Shown piece by piece: positions 10,159 to 19,635 of a DNA stretch of 64,000 nt. Under the pieces are notes generated by a model. The model was not told the origin of the DNA and did not search any database. It saw only the letters and a list, made by a program, of their open reading frames with translations. The stretch's first letter is position 1. Every line of letters begins with the position of its first letter. The DNA is from an uncultured Clostridia bacterium (GTDB lineage Bacteria; Bacillota; Clostridia; TANB77; CAG-465), in NCBI GenBank assembly GCA_934169925.1, contig CAKPOO010000002.1, positions 141,269 to 205,268 on the forward strand, read 5' to 3'. The position numbers and the translations under genes were made by a program.

Positions 10159-12485
10159 GTTATTTTATCATCGTCTATATCTATTAAATATTCAACATTT
10201 TCTTTAATATTACCTTTTATAAATTCAATTGAAATTAAGTCTTCAATATATTTTTGAATTGCACGTCTTAAAGGTCTTGCACCAAATTTTTCATTATAAC
10301 CTTTTTCTACTATAAACTTGCAAACTTCATCTGTATAATCAAATAATATATTTCTGTCTTTTGTTTCTTCTTTTAATTCATTTAAGAAAATTTTAGAAAT
10401 TTTTATTAAATTATCTTTTGAAAGTTTATTAAATGTTATAACCTCATCAATTCTATTTAAAAATTCAGGTGAGAAGAATTCTTTTAATGCTTCATTTGTT
10501 TTATCTTGAAGCATATCCTTATCAATTTTTGAATTCGAAAATCCAAAGCTATCATTTCTAAAATTAGTTCCAAGGTTAGATGTAAGAACAATTATTGTAT
10601 GTTTAAATGATACACTTTTTCCTTGTGAATCGGTAAGTTTTCCTTCATCTAATATTTGTAATAGAATATTGTAGACACTTTGATGTGCCTTTTCAATTTC
10701 ATCAAACAGTACTATACTGTATGGATTTCTTCTAATCTTTTCTGTTAATTGTCCTGCTTCATCATATCCAACATATCCTGGAGGAGAACCTATTAATTTA
10801 GAAGTAGAATTAGATTCCATATATTCTGACATATCAAGTTTTATAACAGAATCCTTGTTATCAAATAATTCATAAGCAAGTTGCTTTACAAGTTCTGTTT
10901 TACCAACACCTGTAGGACCTACAAATATAAATGATGGTGGTCTTTCAATATTTCTTATATTAGCTCTTTTTCTTATAATTGCATTTGAAATGGCTTCAAT
11001 TGCTTCATTTTGCCCTATAATTCTGTTACTTAAATTTTCTTTTAATTTAAGTAATTTTTCAGTTTCAGAAGTTTTTACTCTAGCAACAGGTATTTTTGTC
11101 CAAAGTTCTATTACTTGAGCAAGATTGTCAAATGTTACTTCATCAGGTTTTATTTTTTCATTTAGTTCATCAAGTTTAGTTTGTAGTTTACATTTTTCTT
11201 CTTTTAACTTTGCAGCTTTTTCAAAAGATTCAATTGTGTCATCTGTTTGTTCTTGATTTTCTAATTTTTCATTTAATTCAATTTCAGATTCAATTATAGC
11301 ATTTAATTTTCTTTGAACTTTTTCAAGTTTAGCTAAAGCTACATTTTCAAGATTAACTCTAGCACAAGCTTCATCAAGTAAGTCAATTGCTTTATCTGGT
11401 AAAAATCTATCATGAATGTATTTTTTTGAAAGATTAACAGCTTGCTTTAAAATTTCATCTGATATTTTTACTTTATGAAAATCTTCGTAATATGATTTTA
11501 TTCCACGTAGTATTTCAAAGCATTCTTTAGAAGTTGGTTCATCTACTATAATTGGTTGGAATCTTCTTTCTAAAGCAGTATCTTTTTCTATACTTTTTCT
11601 ATATTCTTTTAGAGTAGTTGCACCAATTAATTGAACACTACCGTTTGCAAGTGCAGGTTTTAGCATATTTGCAGCATTCATTGAATTGTCGTGTTCGAGA
11701 CCTCCAACTATATTATGAACTTCATCTATTGCTAAAATAATATTTCCATATGCTTTACATTCATCAATAATTCCTTTAATTCTTGATTCGAATTGGCCTC
11801 TAAACTGAGTACCTGCAACTAAAGATGTCATATCTATTAAATATACTTCTTTTCCAATTAATTTTGCTGGAACTTCTTCATCAGCAATTTTTTGTGCAAG
11901 AGCAGCAATAATAGCAGTTTTACCAACACCTGGTTCACCAATTAGAGCAGGGTTATTTTTACTTCTTCTATTTAGAATTTGTATCATTCTATCAAGTTCT
12001 CTTTTTCTGCCTATAACTTTATCAATTTTACCTTCTTTTGCTTTTTTAGTTAAATTTTCTCCATAAGTATCAAGATATTTCTTCTTTTTGTTTTTTGATT
12101 TTGTATTTTCTTTTGTATCTTTTTGATTACTATTTTCTGATTCATTTTTATTTTTTCCAAAAAGGTTTGAAATGTTAAAAAAATTCTTTGGAAGTTCATC
12201 GTCACTATCTTCATTAAGAATATCATCTTGCATACTATCAGGATCAAATCCAAGACCTCCCATTAGACTTTCGATTTGTTTTGACATATTTTCAACCTCT
12301 TCAGGAGTTATTTTTTCCATTTCTTTCATAATACTTTCCATAGGATTAATGCCTTGTTTTTTTGCACATTCAAGACAATAACCAGTGGATTCTTCAGTTT
12401 TGTTACCATTTTTATCAAGTTTATTAACAAAAATAACAGCCATGTTTTTTTTACATACTGAACATAACATATATATCATCTCCAT
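10143..12485 (-). CDS. clpE: Clp ATPase with N-terminal zinc ribbon, two AAA+ modules and a middle coiled-coil (ClpE-like). The likely start is the internal ATG at 12470, which is preceded by GGAG.
   Basis: N-terminal CSVCKK…CLECAKK. D1 Walker A GEPGVGKTAI. D2 Walker A GPTGVGKTEL. KNNP..IGEPGVGKT Clp signature. M-domain-like coiled coil between D1 and D2. Confidence 0.7.
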   Translation of the reverse strand: MEMIYMLCSVCKKNMAVIFVNKLDKNGNKTEESTGYCLECAKKQGINPMESIMKEMEKITPEEVENMSKQIESLMGGLGFDPDSMQDDILNEDSDDELPKNFFNISNLFGKNKNESENSNQKDTKENTKSKNKKKKYLDTYGENLTKKAKEGKIDKVIGRKRELDRMIQILNRRSKNNPALIGEPGVGKTAIIAALAQKIADEEVPAKLIGKEVYLIDMTSLVAGTQFRGQFESRIKGIIDECKAYGNIILAIDEVHNIVGGLEHDNSMNAANMLKPALANGSVQLIGATTLKEYRKSIEKDTALERRFQPIIVDEPTSKECFEILRGIKSYYEDFHKVKISDEILKQAVNLSKKYIHDRFLPDKAIDLLDEACARVNLENVALAKLEKVQRKLNAIIESEIELNEKLENQEQTDDTIESFEKAAKLKEEKCKLQTKLDELNEKIKPDEVTFDNLAQVIELWTKIPVARVKTSETEKLLKLKENLSNRIIGQNEAIEAISNAIIRKRANIRNIERPPSFIFVGPTGVGKTELVKQLAYELFDNKDSVIKLDMSEYMESNSTSKLIGSPPGYVGYDEAGQLTEKIRRNPYSIVLFDEIEKAHQSVYNILLQILDEGKLTDSQGKSVSFKHTIIVLTSNLGTNFRNDSFGFSNSKIDKDMLQDKTNEALKEFFSPEFLNRIDEVITFNKLSKDNLIKISKIFLNELKEETKDRNILFDYTDEVCKFIVEKGYNEKFGARPLRRAIQKYIEDLISIEFIKGNIKENVEYLIDIDDDKITIKAK

Positions 12486-12568
12486 TTTTTAGTTATAGTA
12501 TATAACTAGTTAGGTGATTATATCATATGAATAGAAAAAATTCAACTAAATAAAGGAGGGAATACTAT

Positions 12569-12597
12569 TTGACAAAAAAATAAATGTGAGATATAAT
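12569..12597 (+). promoter_or_regulatory. Sigma-A-type promoter for the 12658 gene.
   Basis: TTGACA (12569-74), 17-nt spacer, TATAAT (12592-97). Confidence 0.5.
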
Positions 12598-12657
12598 CAA
12601 GAAAATTTTAGAGGTATGAAAACGTAAGGTTCCTTATTTTAAAAGAAGGGGAATTTT

Positions 12658-13401
12658 ATGAAATTATTAAAAAATATTTTAAAATTAGCGATCGTGTCAG
12701 TTTTTATTTATCTTGTATTTTTTACATCTATGATACATGATATAAAAGAAATATTAAAAAAAAATGGAACTGTAAAAGAGTATATTTTAAATGTATCACC
12801 TAATAGTGATGGGACTTTAGATATGACATATAATCTTAGATTAGACATAGATAAAAAAACAGAGTGTGTTAAAATTAAAATTCCAAATAAGAACTTTGAT
12901 GTTGTTTTTAAAGGTGAAAATATATCATCAATAGATAAAAGTTTATTTGGAGATTATGCATTAATTAAATTAAAAAGAACGTATACTGAGGGTGAAAACA
13001 TAAATTTATCTTTTGATTTAAAACAAAATAATCTTTATACTTTAAAAGATGATAAGAAAATATTAATGTATAGAATTAAGCCAGGTAGAGTAAATAATTT
13101 TAAATGTAGCAATTATACTTTAAATTGGGAAAAATCACAGGTTTATTTTTCTGGAATGGGTGTTGAAAATGGTGAGTATATAACTTTAAATTCTAAGTTT
13201 AATAATTTTTCTACAAAGACTTTAATGATACAATATAAAACAGACAGTTTTGAAAATTTAAATTATGAAAATAGAAAAAGTAATATTTTATATTACTTTG
13301 ACGAGGGATATATGTACATTATAATTGCTGCTTTAGTTATAATATCAGAGATTATATTATATAAAAGAAGGTTTTATGAAAGTATTGGAATTGAATATTA
13401 G
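12658..13401 (+). CDS. Bitopic membrane protein, paralog A: N-terminal TM helix, extracytoplasmic domain of about 190 aa, C-terminal TM helix, short tail. Function unknown.
   Basis: GGGGAAT RBS. Hydrophobic segments at the N terminus (LAIVSVFIYLVFF) and C terminus (YMYIIIAALVIISEIILY). Clear homology to the 14855-15589 product (NGTVKEYILNVSPNSDGTLDMTYNL versus NGEVTNYIVNIATNSNGTLRMNYNI). Confidence 0.55.
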   Translation: MKLLKNILKLAIVSVFIYLVFFTSMIHDIKEILKKNGTVKEYILNVSPNSDGTLDMTYNLRLDIDKKTECVKIKIPNKNFDVVFKGENISSIDKSLFGDYALIKLKRTYTEGENINLSFDLKQNNLYTLKDDKKILMYRIKPGRVNNFKCSNYTLNWEKSQVYFSGMGVENGEYITLNSKFNNFSTKTLMIQYKTDSFENLNYENRKSNILYYFDEGYMYIIIAALVIISEIILYKRRFYESIGIEY

Positions 13402-13403
13402 TA

Positions 13404-13445
13404 AAAATGGAATGAAAAATGGTTATTTTTTGTTCCATTTTTTTA
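13404..13445 (+). terminator. Probable rho-independent terminator after paralog A.
   Basis: aaaatggaa … ttccatttt stem with a long loop, then a T run. Confidence 0.45.
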
Positions 13446-13530
13446 AGTTATATGTTGTTGACATTTTTTGACAATTTAATATATAATCAAAATCAGTATA
13501 GTATATGTTTTATATTTGGGAGTTGTATAT

Positions 13531-14844
13531 ATGAATTTAAAAAAAGAAAATTTTAGATTTAAAAGATCAAAAGAGGTTTTACATGCAAAATTTAATATAG
13601 AAAATGGTGGTAATTTAATTATGTATTTAATTCCACCAAAATTTTCTTTTAAAGAAAGGTCATCAACACTTATTTTAAATAACCAAAATGTAATTCCTGT
13701 TGGTGCATCTTGGTATGTAATTATTTCAAATTTTATGAATTGTTTAAATGAATATAACAAGAATTTAAATAAAGATGAAATCAAAAAAATTATTCAAAAA
13801 ACAGTCAATATGACAAAAATGGTATACCCAGCAGTTGATAGAAAATTAATAACTCAAGATACTAAACTTATAGTTAAAGTTTTTGAAGAATTTGCAATAG
13901 GAAATACTCCTAAAGAAAATATAGGTCAAATATCTACTAATGTGTATTTAAAAAATATGGACGGTCCTTACCTTGTAAACATGGTGTTTGATAAAAGCTT
14001 TGAAAGTTATAATTTATGTTTAAATAGAGAAAATGACTATGTTATAGAAAAAGATTTATTAGATGATGTACATATTAATAAGGTTATAAGTAAATTAAAA
14101 GATTACAGAGTTTCTCAATTAAATTTTGTTTGTAATGATAATTTACAAAAAGAAAGAATTATAAATATAATTAATAAATCAAGATGGTTTTATACAATGT
14201 TTAGTACTTCTAGAGTTTGTTTTGATGAAATAGAGGCAAGTAAATTAAAAGAGTTTAGTTTGGATCAAATTGATTATACTATTTATTCTGTTAGAGAAGA
14301 TATTAATAGGAAAATAGATGATACACAAGATTTAGAAAGTATCAAAAAAAGTATAAAAATTTTAACAGATGAAGGACTAAATGTTCATGTTAAGTATCCA
14401 ATTTGTAAATTAAATACAAATTTTGAAGAGATGTTTAGTTATTTAAAAAGTGTAAATGTTTTATATGTAAAAATTTGTTTATATAATTTAGTTGATAAAG
14501 ATAATAGATACTCATTAGAAGAATATTTTGAGCTTATTAAAGAGGCAAAAGAAATAGCAAAAAAATACAATATTAATATTCAAATATTAACAAATGATAT
14601 ATCAAATCATAGTTTTGATAAAATAGAGGGTATATTAAAATTAGGCTGTAGGCCTACAGTTACAGAGCTTACTTTGTTAATGGATGGCTCAATTCTTCCT
14701 TGTAAAAGCTATATTTCCAAAAAACAAATAATAGGTAATGTTTTTAAAGATAACTGGAAAGAGATTTGGAAAAAAAGTGAAAAAGCCAATAATATTAGAA
14801 AAAATAATGCTAATATTAATTGTGGCTGTCCATTAGATATTTAA
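13531..14844 (+). CDS. Radical-SAM/SPASM-like protein that lacks the CxxxCxxC cluster motif (possibly catalytically degenerate), about 437 aa.
   Basis: Own promoter (TTGACA, 18-nt spacer, TATAAT at about 13468-13497) and GGGAG RBS. C-terminal LGC…DGSILPC…IGNVFKDNWKEIWKK…CGC matches the first half of a SPASM/twitch auxiliary-cluster domain. In the N-terminal half the only candidate motif is YNLCLNRENDY, where E and D sit at the positions of the 2nd and 3rd radical-SAM cysteines. Confidence 0.45.
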   Translation: MNLKKENFRFKRSKEVLHAKFNIENGGNLIMYLIPPKFSFKERSSTLILNNQNVIPVGASWYVIISNFMNCLNEYNKNLNKDEIKKIIQKTVNMTKMVYPAVDRKLITQDTKLIVKVFEEFAIGNTPKENIGQISTNVYLKNMDGPYLVNMVFDKSFESYNLCLNRENDYVIEKDLLDDVHINKVISKLKDYRVSQLNFVCNDNLQKERIINIINKSRWFYTMFSTSRVCFDEIEASKLKEFSLDQIDYTIYSVREDINRKIDDTQDLESIKKSIKILTDEGLNVHVKYPICKLNTNFEEMFSYLKSVNVLYVKICLYNLVDKDNRYSLEEYFELIKEAKEIAKKYNINIQILTNDISNHSFDKIEGILKLGCRPTVTELTLLMDGSILPCKSYISKKQIIGNVFKDNWKEIWKKSEKANNIRKNNANINCGCPLDI

Positions 14845-14854
14845 GGAGTTATAT

Positions 14855-15589
14855 ATGAAAGGTTTTTTTAGATTTTTAATTTTAGCTGTACTAATTTTTG
14901 CTGTTGTATATGAAAAAGGTAATGATATTGCTACATTATTTCAAAAAAATGGTGAAGTAACTAATTATATTGTAAATATTGCTACAAATTCAAATGGTAC
15001 TTTAAGAATGAATTATAACATAGGTCTTAATTTTTATAAAAATACTGATTCTATAAAAATTAAAGTTCCAAATGATAACTTAGAAGTATTAAGTAAAGAT
15101 GATTGTATAAAAGAAATAAAAGTTGATACATTTGGTAATTATATAGAAGTAAAATTTGGTAGGACGTATAAAGAAAATGAAAATTTAAACTTTAAATTTT
15201 CTTTAAATCAGTCGAATGTATATTACCTAAAAAATAAGGACCAACTTTGTGTATTTAGATTAAAAGCAATGAAAATTAGAAATTTTGATTGTGAGAAGAT
15301 AAAAGTTGCATGGCAAGGAAAAGATGTATTCTTTTCAGGAATAAGTAAAGATGTTGGTGATAAAAATATATACGACTTAAAAACTAATTTTATCTATACA
15401 TCACCAATTGTCGCTCAGTATCAAACTAGTAGTTTAAGTTTATCACCAGAAAACAAGAAAGGATTTAGTGTATCTTCTATTGTTGATAGTGGCTTTTTCT
15501 ATTTGATAATAGTTGGAGTTGTTATAATAGGTGAAGTAGTTATTAGTAGAAATAGTTATAGCCAAAACAGAGGATTTGTATATAATTAA
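14855..15589 (+). CDS. Bitopic membrane protein, paralog C (same architecture as 12658-13401). Starts 10 nt after the preceding gene, so is probably co-transcribed with it.
   Basis: AAGGAG RBS. N-terminal TM helix (FLILAVLIFAVVY) and C-terminal TM helix (FFYLIIVGVVIIGEVVI). About 35 percent identity to paralog A over the central domain. Confidence 0.55.
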   Translation: MKGFFRFLILAVLIFAVVYEKGNDIATLFQKNGEVTNYIVNIATNSNGTLRMNYNIGLNFYKNTDSIKIKVPNDNLEVLSKDDCIKEIKVDTFGNYIEVKFGRTYKENENLNFKFSLNQSNVYYLKNKDQLCVFRLKAMKIRNFDCEKIKVAWQGKDVFFSGISKDVGDKNIYDLKTNFIYTSPIVAQYQTSSLSLSPENKKGFSVSSIVDSGFFYLIIVGVVIIGEVVISRNSYSQNRGFVYN

Positions 15590-15602
15590 AAAAAAATATA
15601 TA

Positions 15603-15652
15603 TGAACCAAAATTGTTAGAATTTTAATTTTAACAATGATGGTTCACTTTTT
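15603..15652 (+). terminator. Rho-independent terminator after the paralog C gene.
   Basis: Long hairpin tgaaccaaaattgtta … taacaatgatggttca, followed by cttttt. Confidence 0.55.
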
Positions 15653-15725
15653 ATATATACAAAAATATTTTCTTTACAAATAATTTTTAATATTATATAA
15701 TCTGTATAATGTATGAGGTGAATTT

Positions 15726-16319
15726 ATGGAAGAAATAGTAAAAATTGTTGAAGCAGTAATGTTTGCACTTGGAAGAGAAGTAACATTACAAGAATTATCA
15801 GACACTCTAAAATTTGATAAAGAGGATGTAATTAAAGCTTTAGACAGTCTAAAAGAAAAATATAATAAAAATAATGGAGTAGTTTTAGTTGAAGTAAAAA
15901 ATGCATATCAACTTGTTAGTAATAAGGATTGCTATAAATATATAAATAAATTTATTGAAAATACAAAAAGACAGAATTTATCAAATGCTGCTTTAGAAAC
16001 TTTAAGTATAATTGCATACAATCCTAAAATAACAAAATCAGAAATTGAAAGTATAAGAGGGGTAAATAGTGATTTTGCAGTTAATAGACTTTTAGAATGT
16101 GGTCTTGTAGAAGAGGTTGCAAGATTAAATTTACCTGGTAGACCTGCTGCATATTCAGTTACAAATGAATTCTTAAGATCTTGTGGAATAAAAGATATAG
16201 ATGAATTACCTGATTTTGAAAATATTAGAATAAAAGATGAACAATTACTTGTTTCTGATTTTGAAGATAATAAAGTAAATGAAGATGAAGATGATAAAAA
16301 TAATGAAAATAAAGAATAA
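15726..16319 (+). CDS. scpB: Segregation and condensation protein B (SMC-ScpAB subunit).
   Basis: Tandem winged-helix pattern (VEAVMFALGREVTLQELSD…; ALETLSIIAYNPKITKSEIESIRGV…) and acidic C-terminal tail. No scpA-like gene lies upstream. Confidence 0.8.
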   Translation: MEEIVKIVEAVMFALGREVTLQELSDTLKFDKEDVIKALDSLKEKYNKNNGVVLVEVKNAYQLVSNKDCYKYINKFIENTKRQNLSNAALETLSIIAYNPKITKSEIESIRGVNSDFAVNRLLECGLVEEVARLNLPGRPAAYSVTNEFLRSCGIKDIDELPDFENIRIKDEQLLVSDFEDNKVNEDEDDKNNENKE

Positions 16320-16332
16320 ATAGGAGTTATAT

Positions 16333-19300
16333 ATGAAAATTTTAATTGGTAAGGCAAATACTGGTAAAAGTAAGTATATATATGAAAAGTTAAAAGAAGA
16401 TTTAAATAACAATAAAAAATCAATATTATTTGTTCCATCACAAACAAAGCAAATTGCAGAAATTGAATTTATTAATTATTTAAAAAAAGATGGATTAATA
16501 GGTGTAAATATAACTACAATCTCTGATTATGTCAGAGATTTTTTAAAAAGCATTAAAATAGATTTTGAAAAAAATTATATTACAGCAATAGATAGAAGAC
16601 TTATTATTTTAAGAATAATAGAAGAAAATAAAGATAAATTTGTATTTTTTAAAAATGTTTGTAAAAAACAAGGCTTTGTTGATGTAGCAACAGTTTATTT
16701 AGATTTAATAAGAAAAAATGAGCTAAAATTAAATGAAATAACTCTAAAAGATAAGGTATTAGAATGTAAATTAAAAGAATTGTTTATGCTTTATGATAGT
16801 TATGAAAAGATAATATCAGAAAAGTTTATAGATAGCATAAAAGAAGAGGAGATAATAGAAAATTATCTTGAAAAATTTTCTAAGTATATGGCAGATTCAA
16901 ATATATACTTTGATAATTATAATAATTTTACAAATGCTGAATTTTCATTTATAGAAGCATGCTTAAAATTAAAAAAACAACTAATATTTTCAATTGATAG
17001 CAATATTGATAATATCAATGAAATATATGTTGATGAAAAAAGTATATTTGAGGTTTCAAATCAGACTATTTCAAAGTTATTAAATATTGCAAATAGAAGA
17101 AATGATTATGTAGATGTTGAATTCTTTGAAAATGATTTTTTTGATACAAAACCTGATATAAAACATTTATATGATAATATTTTTCAAGATGAAAGAAAAG
17201 TAGTAAATGATGTATTAAAAAAAGCCAAAAAAAGTGCTATACATTTAAATGTATATAAAAATCCTTATGATGAAATTTTTAATATTGCAAAAATTATAAA
17301 TAACAAAATAAGAAATGAAGGAAAAAAATACTCTGATTTTTGTATTTGTACAAATGATAGTAAAGAGTATGAAGATATAATAAAAACAACATTTTTTAAA
17401 TATAATATACCTTACTTTTTTGATGTTCCAAAAAGTTTGGATACCTCAAAATTTATAAAATACATTTCAATATATTTTGATATATTGTGTTATAACTTAA
17501 CAATTGAAAATGCAATAAATATATTAAAATATGAACTTGATGAAATTGATTATTTAGATATTTGTTATTTTGAAAACTACGTATATGAGTATAATATAAA
17601 AAAATACGCTTTAAATAATGAGTTTTACTTAAATGCAACAAATTCAAACTCTAATTTTTATGATCTTGATAAACTAAATGAAATAAGAAAAAAAATTATA
17701 AATATTTTTTCTGACAAGATAAATGAAGTAAAAAGTTTAAAAGGTATTAAAGAAATTATTGAATTTATATATAAAAATGTTATAACTTCTGAAAAAATAA
17801 ATAAATACTTTGATAAAAATTATAAAATAAATAATGTATTTGACAGCTTTACAATAGATGAAGAAAAATTAGTAATGTCAAAGCTTTCTACTATTTTTGA
17901 TTCAATATATAAAATTTATGAAGATAAAAATATTGATTTCGAAGATTTTAATAAGATTTTTAAAATGTGCATATCAAATACTACTATAAAAGCAGTGCCA
18001 AGTTACCTTGATCAAGTTTTAGTTGTAGATATAAACAGCTCAAAAATTTTAAATAAGGATTTTATTTATATAATTGGGTGTCTAGAAAATAAACTTCCCA
18101 AAAAATATGATGAAGATATTTTATTTAGTGATAAAAATTTAGAAACTTTAAAACAAAAAAATATAGATATAAAAACAAGTAGTAATTCAAAGGAAAATAT
18201 GGAAAAATTTAATATATATACTTTAATTTCAAATTGTAAAGAGGATTTGTATTTTAGTTTTCCAAGTCTTAGTAAAAAATATGAAAATAATTTAAAATCA
18301 GATTTAATTACAAAAATAGAAGAAAACTATAATTTAACTTTAGTTGGTAATATTTTTAATGAAGAAAATGAAAAAGAGGTATATAATTTAGAAGATTTAT
18401 TAAAAAGCTTAAGTAAAATTAATGAAAACTTAGATACTTCATTTGAAAATTTAAATAAAGAAGAAATAGAAGAGATTCTAACTAGTATAGATATTTTAAA
18501 GGAAAATCCATTATATAAATCTTTATTAAATTATTTTAGGAAATCTGGTAAATTAGATGATTCTACTATAAAAGACGTATATTTTGAAAAATTTAATACT
18601 ACTGTATATAAATTAGAAGAATTTAGTAAATGTCCTTTTGCATATTATTTAAGATACGTTTTAAATATTGATGATAGAAAAATATATACTATTTCATCAA
18701 TGGATACTGGTAGCTTAATGCATGAAGTATTAGAAAAATTTTCATATTATTTATTTGAAAATAATATTTCTTGGAAAGATGTAATAGATGATAATGAAAA
18801 AATTAATGAAAAGTATGAACAAAAAATAGATGATATTGTTTCTAATTTGTTAAAAAATGAGTTTAAAAATCAAAAAGAAAGTATTAAGTTTAATGTTTAT
18901 GTTATAAAAATAAAAAACACTATAAAAAACGTAATAAAAGTTATTTCAAAAAGTTTTATTCAAAGTAAGTTTGAACCTTATGGATATGAAATAGAATTTA
19001 AGGAAAATGGAAAATATTTGCCAATTGATATAGAACTTGATGATGGCGTTATTATGAAAATAGTTGGAAAAATTGATAGAATTGACACTGTTAAAGTTAA
19101 TGATTTTATTTATACTAGAATTATTGATTACAAATCAAGTTCTAAAGATTTAAAACTTGAAGATATAAAAGAAGGAATTTCTTTGCAGCTTATAACATAT
19201 CTTACAGCTTTTTTACAAAATAAAAATAATACTGAAAGTGTTAAATATTTGCCTGCAGGTATGCTGTATTTTAATTTGTCTAATAATGTTGTAAATTTAG

Positions 19301-19635
19301 CAAATTTTGAAGATAATGATACGTTAAAAGAAGAAGTTATAAAAAAGCTCAGAATGAAAGGTATCATTTTAAAAGATGTTGAAATTTTAAAAATGATGGA
19401 CTGTAATTGTGATAAAAAAGAAGGTAGACTCATAGACTTTTCAGCATCTAGACTAAATAGTAGTAAAAAAGCTTTAGAACAAGAAGAATTTAATAAATTG
19501 TGTAATGATGTAAAAATCATATTAAAAAATATAGGAAATAAAATGTATTCGGGAGATATTTCAATAAAAAAAGATAAAAAACATTGTTCATATTGTAAAT
19601 ATTCAAATATTTGTAGAAAAGAGAGTAATTGTTAA
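16333..19635 (+). CDS. addB: AddB-type helicase-nuclease subunit (inactive helicase-like N-terminal domain plus RecB-family nuclease with Fe-S cluster). No addA follows.
   Basis: N-terminal GKANTGKS..FVPSQ pattern as in AddB. Nuclease-domain cysteines KCPFAYYLRY and C-terminal CSYCKYSNIC (C-x2-C-x5-C). Confidence 0.75.
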   Translation: MKILIGKANTGKSKYIYEKLKEDLNNNKKSILFVPSQTKQIAEIEFINYLKKDGLIGVNITTISDYVRDFLKSIKIDFEKNYITAIDRRLIILRIIEENKDKFVFFKNVCKKQGFVDVATVYLDLIRKNELKLNEITLKDKVLECKLKELFMLYDSYEKIISEKFIDSIKEEEIIENYLEKFSKYMADSNIYFDNYNNFTNAEFSFIEACLKLKKQLIFSIDSNIDNINEIYVDEKSIFEVSNQTISKLLNIANRRNDYVDVEFFENDFFDTKPDIKHLYDNIFQDERKVVNDVLKKAKKSAIHLNVYKNPYDEIFNIAKIINNKIRNEGKKYSDFCICTNDSKEYEDIIKTTFFKYNIPYFFDVPKSLDTSKFIKYISIYFDILCYNLTIENAINILKYELDEIDYLDICYFENYVYEYNIKKYALNNEFYLNATNSNSNFYDLDKLNEIRKKIINIFSDKINEVKSLKGIKEIIEFIYKNVITSEKINKYFDKNYKINNVFDSFTIDEEKLVMSKLSTIFDSIYKIYEDKNIDFEDFNKIFKMCISNTTIKAVPSYLDQVLVVDINSSKILNKDFIYIIGCLENKLPKKYDEDILFSDKNLETLKQKNIDIKTSSNSKENMEKFNIYTLISNCKEDLYFSFPSLSKKYENNLKSDLITKIEENYNLTLVGNIFNEENEKEVYNLEDLLKSLSKINENLDTSFENLNKEEIEEILTSIDILKENPLYKSLLNYFRKSGKLDDSTIKDVYFEKFNTTVYKLEEFSKCPFAYYLRYVLNIDDRKIYTISSMDTGSLMHEVLEKFSYYLFENNISWKDVIDDNEKINEKYEQKIDDIVSNLLKNEFKNQKESIKFNVYVIKIKNTIKNVIKVISKSFIQSKFEPYGYEIEFKENGKYLPIDIELDDGVIMKIVGKIDRIDTVKVNDFIYTRIIDYKSSSKDLKLEDIKEGISLQLITYLTAFLQNKNNTESVKYLPAGMLYFNLSNNVVNLANFEDNDTLKEEVIKKLRMKGIILKDVEILKMMDCNCDKKEGRLIDFSASRLNSSKKALEQEEFNKLCNDVKIILKNIGNKMYSGDISIKKDKKHCSYCKYSNICRKESNC

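Noticed and set aside
12553-12571. Strong Shine-Dalgarno aaggaggg followed by TTG
   Set aside because: The only possible ORF is 3 codons long. The TTG belongs to the TTGACA -35 of the 12658 gene promoter. The SD-like sequence is probably incidental, or the RBS-complement region of divergent transcription.
12658-15589. Either flanking paralog considered as a divergent ScpA (kleisin), because of position upstream of scpB
   Set aside because: Both have N- and C-terminal transmembrane helices and an extracytoplasmic beta-rich middle. ScpA is a soluble helical kleisin.
15932-16447. 171-aa minus-strand ORF spanning the scpB-addB junction
   Set aside because: Overlaps two confidently called + strand genes. 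Low-complexity product.
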